Shown one piece after another: positions 13,057 through 23,438 of a stretch of 64,000 nt of DNA. Each line of letters opens with the position of its first letter. The stretch's first letter is position 1. The notes below the pieces were generated by a model. The model saw only the letters and a program-made list of their open reading frames with translations. It searched no databases and was not told the origin of the DNA. Origin of the DNA: Torpedo marmorata (lineage: Eukaryota); contig OZ360223.1 in assembly GCA_977017645.1 (NCBI GenBank), forward strand, positions 221,154,001 through 221,218,000. The letters are read 5' to 3'. The translations under genes were made by a program, and so were the position numbers.

Positions 13057-13230
13057 CACAATCCCAGTGGATGGACTGAGATCCAATTCAATAACAAAAC
13101 GATATCGCTGAGCAAGAAAGGTAATGTGGGTTGATGGTACTAATTGGTAAGCGTGAGCAGGAACAGGTTCACCCTGCTGCCAGCCTTTCGGTAGGACACT
13201 GAAAATATCCAGTTCATTCTTGGTGTTGAG
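13057..13230 (-). CDS. SZT2: SZT2 coding exon 3
   Basis: [24 protein letters not shown]...[21 protein letters not shown]; AG/GT; 174 nt. Confidence 0.95.
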
Positions 13231-14035
13231 CTATGAAAAAAAAAAATCAATGGCACAAAGTACTGCTGTTGGAACATGTGCTTAATTCATTTATTTTTAA
13301 TATAAAATACAATTCCATCTTTCCTTCAGAAAGTAAGAACTTTGGTGTAAAACTGGCAATTATCAAATAAATTACAACATGTGAGAACTCTTTAATCACC
13401 TACCTGGAAGCAACAGTAACAAAACAATCAGAAGAGTTTTTATTACAACTTAACACAAAAAGCAGAATGAGAAATTCCTGTTGTGAGATTTACCATGGTG
13501 AAATTCTCTCATTTAATGTAACAGGAAGCTTCACAATATACAGTTAAACTCTGATAATCTGGCATCCTCGTGACTTTGGCAGTGCCACACTAATAGACTG
13601 ATATTCACACTAATATTCTTACTGATACCACAATGCACTTAAATGCTGGTCCTGGGGCACCAGTGAGTTTAACAAGATCAATGGAAATCGGGTCCTGGCA
13701 AGTTTAAAGGGAGTGTGGGTAACAGAAGTAGGCGAGTCACATGCTGAACTATCTGAACTTCCAAGCAATCATACTTCTGCACCACATCATACTTTCTGCC
13801 GTTACATTCTGATTATATTCTCGCTAATAGAGAAATTCCCCCCCCCACAACCAATCCCCAGAATTCTGAAGCAAAGAGTGAAGAGATTAACCGAAGATTT
13901 TGCATAGTTCACGATGTAAAATTGATTTACCATAGAAGTTACCATATTTTATGAGTATCTTTATATTAAATAGCTAAATTTCAACTTGTGTCACAACAAA
14001 TTTAGTATGTACTGAGTGAGTACTAAAACAATGTA

Positions 14036-14415
14036 ATGCATCATCAAGGATCCACACCACCCAGCACACACTCTGTTCTCACTGCTACCATCAGGAAAGA
14101 GGTATAGGTGCCACAAGACTGGCACCACCAGGTTCAGGAACAGCTGCTACCCCTCCACCATCAGACACCTCAACAATAAACTCAATCAGGGACTCATTTA
14201 AGGACTCTTACTTTTGCAATTTATTGTTTGTTTTTTTCCTCTCTGTATTGCACAGTCAGTTGTTTACAGTTCTTTCTTTGTTTACACGTATACACTGTGT
14301 ACAGTTTTTTGTGCACTACCAATAAGAGATAATTCTGCCTCGCCCGCATGAAAAAGAATCTCAGGGTTGTATGTGATGTCATGTATGTACTCTGACAATA
14401 AATATGTAATCTGAA
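14036..14415 (+). mobile_element. Rex1/Babar-like LINE 3' fragment
   Basis: Near-identical to 36458-36840 (IIKDPHHPAH...RFRNSCYPSTIR plus 3' UTR). Confidence 0.8.
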
Positions 14416-14558
14416 TTATCAGTCCATGTTAGTTGATCTCAGGAGAATAAATATGCCCAGAATATCCGAGTTGGTGACAGACAGAAATAATGTCAGGTAT
14501 CACATTCTATTAAACAAATCCCACCTTCCCCTAATCCAGTCCCAGTCTTTTCACTCAC

Positions 14559-14684
14559 CAGCTCTGACTGAGACGTCGGTCGAATGCTTTGATTGAGTTT
14601 GCTGAGAAACCAAGCTAATCGCACATTACGGGAAATTCGATATTCCTTTTTCATAAGCAGGTAAACCTGCCCTGCTTCTTCCAC
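14559..14684 (-). CDS. SZT2: SZT2 coding exon 2
   Basis: [42 protein letters not shown]; AG/GT; 126 nt. Confidence 0.96.
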
Positions 14685-15559
14685 CTGTAAAAAAAATAAT
14701 ATCCAGGTAAATACCGTAGAACATGACAAATCTCCCTGGAGCACAAGAAATCCCACAAAAACACTGGCCTATTTCTCCCCCCAACGAGGCCAGGACTTAT
14801 TTGTTACCCAATTCCTTTTATCCAGCTTCAGCCCACATCCCTAAATATAAAAGGAATTTAAAATTAACGATCTACTTCAAATCAAGTGCTAGTTGCAGAG
14901 ATAATTCCACATTTCTACCATCCTTTACTGACAGAGATGTTTCCAAGATGCAATCTTGGAAAGTCTGGCTGTTATTTTTAGACGTCCTTTGTGCAAGATT
15001 CTCCAACATGAAAAATAGGTTCTCCTTCATACTACTTTCAATATAAAATAACATTCCTTAAGATCATAACTATTTTCTTAACTCTCTTAAATTTATGGAA
15101 GTATTATTTGAAGTATTTTTCAAACTAACTCTTGATAATGCCATACGAGCCAATGAGTAGGAGGTGAGGCAAAGAATTTCTTACAGTCTACAGGAAGCAA
15201 CATACAAAGACTGGAGGAACACAGCAAGTCAGGCAGTATTCATGGAAAGCAATAGAAAGTTGATGTTTAAGCCTGAATACCCTTCATCAGGAATGGCAAA
15301 AACTGGGCAGACACCTGTATAAAATGGTGGGGGCGTGGGAAGCACAGGCAAGTGACAGGTACATACAGGTGGGAGGTGGAAGAAAGTTAAGAGATGACGG
15401 GGAAAGATCAGAGGGCTAAGAAAGGTGCAGTCTAATAGCAGGAAGGGAGCAAGCAAGGTTAATTTATTCAGAACTTTGAGGAACTTCTTTTTAGCTCCAT
15501 TCCCTTTTGTGGATTTTTAGGAAATGATTGCAAAAAGCACTATGCCTGTCCAACTTTTG

Positions 15560-15912
15560 TGTACGCCGCCAACCACGACTCAGATCGTGTACATGCCGCC
15601 AACCTCGACCCTGACCACGTGTATGCCGCCAAACGCGACCCTGACCGTGTCTACGCCATGAACCGTGACCCTAATCGTGTGTCCACCCCATGAACCATGA
15701 CCCTAAGTGTGCACGCCGTGAACCGTGACCCTAACCGTGCGCACACCGTGACCCTAACCGTGCGCACACCGTGACCCTAACCGTGCGCACACCGTGACCC
15801 TAACCGTGCGCACACCGTGACCCTAACCGTGCGCACACCGTGACCCTAACCGTGCGCACACCGTGACCCTAACCGTGCGCACACCGTGACCCTAACCGTG
15901 CGCACACCGTGA
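15560..15912. repeat. 23-bp minisatellite (CCGTGACCCTAACCGTGCGCACA)n
   Basis: 8 perfect units at 15723-15906, with degenerate units upstream. Confidence 0.95.
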
Positions 15913-15959
15913 ACCATTTCCCCATTCTCTGTCCACCCTGTACCGTTTCCTCCACCTTC

Positions 15960-16470
15960 TGTACCCCCAGCCATTTCTGCCACCCTCTGTACCCACTATA
16001 CCGTTCCCCCACCCTCTGTACCCCCTATGCCGTTCCCTCCCACCGTCTGTACCCCCATGCCATTCCCTTCCACCGTCTGTACCCCCATGCCGTTCCCTCC
16101 CACCGTCTGTACCCCCATGCCGTTCCCTTCCACCGTCTGTACCCCCATGCCGTTCCCTCCCACCGTCTGTACCCCCATGCCGTTCCCTCCCACCCTCTGT
16201 ACCCCCCATCCTCTGTACCCCCTATGCCGTTCCTCCTACCGTGTCCCCCCACCGTGTCCCCCCTGTAACGTTCCCCCACCCTCTTGTCCCCCCTGTAAAG
16301 TTCCCCCACCCTCTTGTCCCCCCTGTAAAGTTCCCCCACCCTCTTGTCCCCCCTGTAACGTTCCCCCACCCTCGTTCCCCCTGTAACGTTCCCCCACCCT
16401 CGTTCCCCCTTTAACGTTCCCCCACCCTCTTGTCCCCCTTGTAACGTTCCCCCACTCTCTTGTTCCCCCC
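15960..16470. repeat. Two adjacent C-rich ~30-bp minisatellites
   Basis: CCGTTCCCTCCCACCGTCTGTACCCCCATG units (~16000-16210) and CCCTGTAAAGTTCCCCCACCCTCTTGTCCC units (~16250-16470). Confidence 0.95.
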
Positions 16471-16581
16471 TGCACCATCCTCCCCACCCTGTGTGCCCCG
16501 TCCCCTCGCCGTGTCCCGATTCCGGGCCACGCAGTGTTTATGCACCGTGCCTGGGACAGTCCACACCCAACCCAGCCTCAC

Positions 16582-16608
16582 CTCCGAGTCTCTCTCTCCG
16601 CCGGACAT
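16582..16608 (-). CDS. SZT2: SZT2 coding exon 1
   Basis: MSGGERDSE|gtgagg; 27-nt phase-0 exon that joins VEEAGQV, comparable to human MASERPEPE|VEEAGQV. Confidence 0.88.
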
Positions 16609-16777
16609 GTTCGGTGCCCGTTCTCATGCCAGGACCTCCGCCCGACGCCTACCTTCACCACACAGGGTCGCGACGAATCATCCAAACCTGCAGCTGCTTC
16701 CTGACCCCCGACCTTCGCCCCTGGAGACGGAAGCGGAAGCCCAGGGGCGGCAGTTTCCGGCTCGGGCGGTGGAGACG
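16609..16777. promoter_or_regulatory. Bidirectional CpG-rich promoter shared by SZT2 and MED8
   Basis: 169 bp between divergent ATGs. Tandem ETS/GABPA-type CGGAAGCGGAAG at 16728-16739, TTCCGG at 16755, GC boxes at 16744 and 16764. Confidence 0.85.
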
Positions 16778-16783
16778 ATGCAG
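16778..16783 (+). CDS. MED8: MED8 coding exon 1 (MQ)
   Basis: ATGCAG|gtgagg; joins exon 2 in frame. Confidence 0.88.
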
Positions 16784-17084
16784 GTGAGGAGGGAGCTGGA
16801 AACTTTCTTCTCCTGGGCTTGGAAAAACGGGTGAAGATTGCGGGTGGAGAACCTCTGCCGCTGTTTTATTGTCTTGAAGAAAGATTAGAGTAACAGCTTT
16901 CATGTGTTCAGCACTTACAACACAGGAAGGTCCATGTGCGTGATATCTGCCTGCAACCATCTCAATAACTCAGACCATGTCACAGGACGGGGTGTTATGA
17001 TCAACAGCTAGGTTATAAATTGGGTTTGAATGAGCTTCCTCTAAGAGGAAGAAGTATCTCAGAGGTTTAGGAAAAGAATTTAGC

Positions 17085-17868
17085 TTTGGAGGCGTTGCAG
17101 AGGGATTGAATTTAAGAGCAGGGAGGTTATGCTGCAACTGTACAAGATACTGGTGAGACTGCATCTGGAGTACTGCGTGCAGTTCTGGTCTCCTTACTTG
17201 AGGAAGGATGTACTGGTTTTGGAGGCGGTACAGAGGAGGTTCACCAGGTTGATTCCAGAGATGAAGGGGTTAGCCTATGAGGAGAGATTGAGTCGTCTGT
17301 GACTGTACTCACTGGAATTTAGAAGAATGAGAGGGAATCTTGTAGAAATGCGTAAAATTATGAAAGGCATAGATAAGAGAGGAAGGTAAGTTGTTTCCAT
17401 TGGTGGGGGAGACATTGCCTCAAGATTCAGGATAGTAGATTTAGGATAGAGATAAGGAAGAACTGCTTTTCCCAAAGGGTGGTGAACCTGTGGAATTTGC
17501 TGCCTCAGTAAATATATTTAAGACAAGGTTGGATAGATTTTAGCCTGGTAGGGGTATTAAGCCTGTGGACTCCCATGTCCCTGTTTTCAGGGACTACCAA
17601 CTAGCGCATATACTCTGTGTCCCCGTTTTCTGCGACTGGTTTTATACCCAACCACCAGCTGGATCGTACTGGTGTTCCTACTATAGTTTATCCATGGACC
17701 CAGTATGAAAGGTTAAAAATAGCCAGAGTCCAAAGTGTTAAGGGATATGGGGAAAAGGCAAGGTAGGTGGAGATGAGCCTATCATCAGATCAGCCATGAT
17801 CTCATTGAATGGCGGAGCAGGCTTGACGGGCCTGATGGCCTATTCCTGCTCCTAATTCTTTTGTTCTT
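17085..17868 (+). mobile_element. CR1/HER1-like LINE 3' fragment
   Basis: LYKILVRLHLEYCVQFWSP... RT C-terminus plus 3' UTR. Confidence 0.85.
17561..17737. mobile_element. piggyBac-like MITE
   Basis: Interrupts the CR1 at TTAA, duplicated at 17557-17560 and 17738-17741. Imperfect TIRs gcctgtggactc / gagtccaaagtg. Confidence 0.7.
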
Positions 17869-20167
17869 GTGAATCCCAATACCTGGACCTCAGGCAGCCT
17901 TTTGTCCTCTGGTGGAGCGAATGAAGTCAGTGAGGATCAAGAGGCCAGAACTGGAAGAATAGAGATAGCTTGGGGGTGGGGATATAACAGAGAGAGAGGG
18001 AATAGATGGGGAGAGCAATTTGAGGACAAGGATATGTATTTGCTTTTTCAGAGAAGGGTGTTACATTCCATGCTTATAAAGTGTTCTGCTGTACAATGGG
18101 GACATTCCATTGCAGATTGTGTGATCTCGTTGCACAATTCCTCAGTTCAACCCACAAGAGGGTCCCTCAGCTTTCAATTGCCTGTCACTTTAATCCACCA
18201 TCCCAATCTGACCTATCTGTCTTACAATTGTAAGTTTGGAAAACGGCACCTCATTTGCCACCTGGGCAATATTGCAGCCTTCGGGACTCAACATTCAGAT
18301 AATTCACTGGTTTGTTTCAGAGCTGGCAATGTCTGCCGTAATGTTCTCCATCTATCAGATTAATGAGCATGGAAACAGGCCATTCCACCCTTCATCCCTA
18401 CTGACCAAGTTGTCCACCTTCGCCAGTCCCATTTGCCTGTGTTTGGACCATCTCTCTTGAAACCTTTCCTATCCATGTACTTGAAAAAGAAAATCTGCAG
18501 TTGCTGAGGTCCAGTGCAAAGCACTAAAGTGCCAGAGAAACTCAGCAGGTCACACAGCATCCATAGAAAGTGAAAGGTAGTCGAAGTTTCGGGCCTGAGT
18601 CCTTCACTCCTGAACCATTCTTCGCTCCTCAGGAGTTTAGAAGGACCCTAGCCCGAAACATCGACTTCCTTTTACTTTCTATGGACGTTGCATAACCTGT
18701 TAAGTTTCTCCAGCACTTTTATGTACTGCACTAACCAAGTATTTGTCTAAATGTCTTTTAAACATTATAATGTCCCCACTTCCTCTGGCAACTCCTTCAA
18801 TGTACCAATCATCCGGAAAAGGTAAATACTTGTTTAAATCTCGTCGGGGACTGTGAGAACGGGACTCTGAAAGAGAGGAGGAGTGTTTGAAAAGCACTGG
18901 GTTTGGTTAATTCTCTCCATTGGATAATTAGCTATAGCTCAAGCGGAGCGGCCATTGTGTGAGTAGCCCAGTGTTGGAGTGGGAATTTGAGGCTTTGACT
19001 CGAGAGGCTTCAGTGAGCAGAGACTGGGGGGTAGTGGCGTAGTGAGGTAAGGAAAGGTCAAGTTTTTCTTTTTCCTATTTAATAGACAGTGGGAATGGCA
19101 GCTAGGTAAGGGACATGCTACTCTTGTAAAATGTGGATCGTCAGGGAAGCCAACAGCATCCTGATGACTTCATCTGTGAGAAATGCAACCAACTGCAGCT
19201 TCTTAGAAACTGTTTGGGAATTGGAGCTGCAGTTGGATGAACTGCAGATCATTCGAGAGGCTGAGGGGGTAATAGACAGGAGTTACAGGGATACAATCAC
19301 ACCGAGGAGGCAAGACAAAGGTAGCTGGGTGACAGTCAGGAGAGGGAATGGGAATAGGCAGTCAGTGCAGGGTACCCCTGTGGCCATTCCCCTGAGCAAC
19401 AAGTATACCGCTTTGGATACTGCTGGGGGGTGTTAACCAATCTGGGCAAGGCAGTAGCCAAACCAATAGCACCGTAGTTGGCTCTGAGCCTCAGAAGGGA
19501 AGGGTGAAGTCAGGCAGAGCAAAAGTCATAGGGGACTCGATAGGGGAACAGATAGGAGATTCTGAGGCCACAAGAAACTCCAGGATAGTATGTTGCCTCC
19601 CAGGTGCTCGGGTCCAGGATGTCTCTGAGAGGGTGCAGAATATTCTTAAGGGGAGTGTGAATAGTCAGAGATCATGGTACATTTTGGTGCCAATGACATA
19701 GGCAGAAGTGGGGTAGAGGTCCTACAAAGTATGTTTAGGGAGTTAGGAAGGAGGCTGAAGAGCAGGACCTCCAAGATGGTAATCTTGGGATTACTCCCGA
19801 TGCCACAAGCTAGGGAAGGTCAGAACAGGAAGTTAGTGCAGACAAATAAGTGACTGAAGAGATGGTGCAGGGGGCAGGGTTTCAAGTTCTTGAATCATTG
19901 GAACCTTTTCTGGGGAAGGTGAGACCTGTACAAGTGGGACGTGTTGCACCTGAACTCAAGGGGAACCAATATCCTGGTAATGTTATGGTAGTCATGGGGG
20001 ATTTTAACATGCAAGTGGTTGGGAAAATGAGGTTGGGACTGGATCTCGAGAGAGAATTTGTAGAATGCCTACAAGATGGCTTTTTAGAGCAGCATGTTGA
20101 TGAGCCCACAAGGGGATCGGCTGTACTGGATTGGGTGTTGTGTAATGCACCTGAGGTGATTAGAGAG

Positions 20168-20526
20168 CAGTGGCTTTCAAACTGCCCCCCGAAACTCACA
20201 TTCCACCTTAAACAATCCCTATGCCATAAATGCTCTGTGATTAGTAAGGGATTACTTAAAGTGGTATGTGAGTGGGAAGGGAAGGTTGAGAACCACTATA
20301 GACCCAATTGTTACTGAAATATTTTGCTTGAGAAAAATTGTCATTGGCCCATTTCCTTTGGAGTTATGAAACCATGTACATAACGAGTCAATTAGGTATG
20401 ATTAAAACAGTGGTTTTCAAACTCACATACCACCTTAAGCAATCCCTTACTAATCACAGAGCACTTATGGCATAGGGATTGCTTAAAGTGGAATGTGAGT
20501 TTAGGGGGGCAGTTTGAAAACCACTG
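20168..20526 (-). mobile_element. Composite hAT-like MITE, copy 1
   Basis: CAGTGG...CCACTG TIRs; two inverted arms around a central segment; reverse complement of 23065-23438. Confidence 0.85.
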
Positions 20527-20574
20527 GAATAAAGGAACCATAAAGGGGCAGTGATCATAGTATTCAGTTCAATT

Positions 20575-21260
20575 CAAGATTCAATTTCTTTTTGCCTGCT
20601 GCAAGGCAGACAGATTCGCCACTGGCAGAAATTGCCTAAGCGCCTCTAACATTCCTTACAGACAGAGAAAGAGAAGCAAAAGAAAGTCCCCCCAGAGTTA
20701 CCGAGTGTCCAGCCACACAGAGTCCAGTCCAAACCATCGGCATCCCGAGCTCCAGACCCGAACCTCCAACACGGTCAGGTCGCCCTCGGCACCCCCTCGC
20801 ATCCCGGTTCCGATACCTGGTACTCCTCCAGCCAGTTCGAGCTAGCCTCCAGCAGTCCGCAGCCCGGCGTGAGTCCCCCGACAGCAGTCTCCAGCAGCCC
20901 ACAGCCTCCACGGGTTCCTCGCCTCGAGTCGCCAGCAGCCCGCCGCATGCACTGGTCCTTCAGCCTCAGATCCCCTCACCGGTCCACTGCCCTGGTCACC
21001 GTCCCGTGGGACGTCTCCTCCGCTTCTTCTCAGACGGGGGTGATGTTCCCGTCCTCTGGTGCCCTGCTCCAGTCCTCCGCTTCCCCGGAATCTGCAGCCC
21101 CTCGTGGCTGCTGCCGGTTAAAAGGCGCTGCCATCTTGGGCGCAGACCCCGTGGTCGCGGGATCTTAAATAAAACCACCGTCGGCTCCTTTAAAGGGCCG
21201 TTCAAAGCCCGTGCGGAACCGACGGTAGTCGACTGGGCGGCTGGACCCCGCGGGAGATTT
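20575..21260 (-). mobile_element. GC/CpG-rich non-coding retroelement with LINE-type tail
   Basis: Interrupts the CR1. Its minus-strand 3' end ggcaatttctgcc...tgtctgccttgcagcaggcaaaaag...gaatcttgaa resembles the tail at 4210-4322. Confidence 0.55.
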
Positions 21261-21736
21261 AACAAGGAGAAACTAAAGTCAGATGTGTCGGTATTTCAGT
21301 GAAGGGAATTACAGTAGCATGAGAGAGGAACTGGTCAAAGTGAAAGAGGCACTAGTAGGGAAGATGGCAGAGCAGCAATGGATTCAATTTCTGCAAGAAA
21401 TGAGGAAGGTGCAGGATAAATACATACCAAAAGAGAGGTAATATTCAAATGATAAAATGTCACCACTGGTTGACAAGGGAAGTCAATGCCAAGGTAAAAG
21501 CAAAAGAGAGGGCATACAAGGAAGCAAAAATTAGTGGGAAGATAGAGGATTGGGAAGTTTTCAAAAACTTAACTGAAGGTAACTAAAAATCTCAGAGAGA
21601 AAAGATGAAGTATGAAAGTAGGCTAGCAAATAATATTAAAGAGGAAACAAAAAAGCTTCTTCAAGTACATAAAGAGTAAAAGAGAGGTGGGAGTAGATAT
21701 AGGACCAGGAGAAAATGAAGCTGCAGAAATAATAAT

Positions 21737-22366
21737 CAGATTTATTGTCATAGTGGGGAGGGTTTTGCCAGTAATGTCCTGGGCTGTGTCCACTACCTTT
21801 TGGAGGGCTTTACGCTCTGGGGTATTGGTGTTCTCATACCAGACCATGATGCAGCCGGTCAGCATACTTTCCACCACACATCTGTAGAAATTTGCCAGGG
21901 TTTCTGGTGTCATACCAAACCTCTGCAAGCTCCTGAGGAAGTAGAGGCGCTAACGTGCTTTCTTCACGATGCCATTGGTGTGTTGGGTCCAGGAAAGATC
22001 CTCCGAGATAGTGACTCCCAAGAACCTAAATTTGCTCACCCTCTCCACCTCTGATCCCCCAATGATCACTGGATTGTATACCTCTGGTTTCCTTTCCTGA
22101 AGTCAACAATCAGCTCCTTAGTTTTGGTGACATTGAGTGCAAGGTTGTTTCTGGTGCACCATTCAGCCAGGTTTTCAATCTCCATCCTGTATGCTGACTC
22201 ATCCCCTTCCTTTATTGTCATACCGAGCTACACAGTCGTAGGTGTAAAGTGAGTAGAGCAGGGGGCTAAGAACACAGCCCTGTGGTGCTCCGGTACTGAT
22301 GGAGATTGTGAAGGAGAAGTTCTTACCAGTCTTCACTGATTGTGGTCTGGAGGTGAGTATTTTGAA
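21737..22366 (-). mobile_element. Rex1/Babar-like LINE fragment
   Basis: [22 protein letters not shown]; reverse complement of 35760-36420. Confidence 0.85.
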
Positions 22367-23064
22367 ATGAGTATTTTGCATCAGTCTTCACTGTGGAAGA
22401 CATTAGCAGTGTTCCAGATGTCAAAGGGCATCAGGGAAGGGAAGCGAGTACAGTTACTATTCCAAGGGAGAAGGTGCTCAGAAAGCTGAATGGTCTAAGG
22501 GTGGATAAGTCTTCTGGACCAGATGGATTGCCCCCTCGAGTTCTGAAAGAAGTAGTGGTAGAGGTTGTGGAGGCATTGGTAATGATCTTTCAGGAATTTT
22601 GGTATGGTACCAGCGGACTGGATGTCACCCCACTATTCAATAAGGAAGGGAAGCACCAGAAAGGAAATTATATACCATTGTAGAGGCCTGGTCATTGGGT
22701 GTATTTAAGGCTGAGATTAATAGGTTCTTGATTAGGCAGGAAATCAAAGGTTATGGGATGAACGCCTGGCATTGGGGCTGAGTGGGAAAAATGGATTAGC
22801 TCATGATTAAATGGCAGGGCAGACTTGATGGGCTGAATGGTCTATTTCTGCTGCTATGTCTTATGGTCTTATCCTCAATCTTTCCCCTCTTAAATCCCTG
22901 CCTTCTTGGTTTAGACTCCTGCCCTGTGACCTACTTTATTAACTCGTATATTTTCTCCAGATATACTGCCTAATCTGCTGTGCATTTCAAAACAGCTTTG
23001 ATGTACATTTCACAATGTTAGCATATCCCTTTGTGTTTATTCTCTCTAACTGGTTCATCTAATC

Positions 23065-23438
23065 CAGTGGTTTTCAAACTGCCCCCCTAAACTCACATTC
23101 CACTTTAAGCAATCCCTATGCCATAAGTGCTCTGTGATTAGTAAGGGATTGCTTAAAGTGGTATGTGAGTGGAAAGAAAAAGTTTGAAAACCACTGTTTT
23201 AATCGTACCTAATTGACTCGTTATGTGCACGGTTTCATAACTCCAAAGGAAATAGGCCAATGACAATTTTTCTCAAGCAAAATATTTCAGTAACAATTGG
23301 GTCTAGAGCAGTGGTTCTCAACCTTCCCTTCCCACTCACATACCACCTTAAGCAATCCCTTACTAATTACAGAGCACTTATGGCATAGGGATTGCTTAAG
23401 GTGGAATGTGAGTTTAGGGGGCAGTTTGAAAACCACTG
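23065..23438 (+). mobile_element. Composite hAT-like MITE, copy 2
   Basis: TIRs CAGTGGTTTTCAAACTGCCCCC; imperfect 8-bp TSD ATCTAATC/GTCTAATT. Confidence 0.85.

Larger units (their letters stand above)
18940..22870 (+). mobile_element. Fragmented CR1-like LINE (ORF1 esterase, EN, RT remnants) with nested inserts
   Basis: VCCLPGARVQDVS, MGDFN, FLEQHVDEPTRGSAVLDWV and KSSGPDG motifs in order. Confidence 0.8.

Noticed and set aside
15723-15906. CRISPR array or interstitial telomere
   Set aside because: No unique spacers and the context is eukaryotic. CCCTAA occurs once per 23-bp unit, not as a hexamer run.
15892-16487. Repetitive Gly/Pro/Cys-rich ORFs in several frames
   Set aside because: Translations of ~30-bp minisatellites in SZT2 intron 1; open on both strands because the units lack stop codons.
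20636-21302. Cluster of GC-rich ORFs as a nested gene
   Set aside because: Short overlapping ORFs on both strands inside an inserted repeat, with no splice or homology support.
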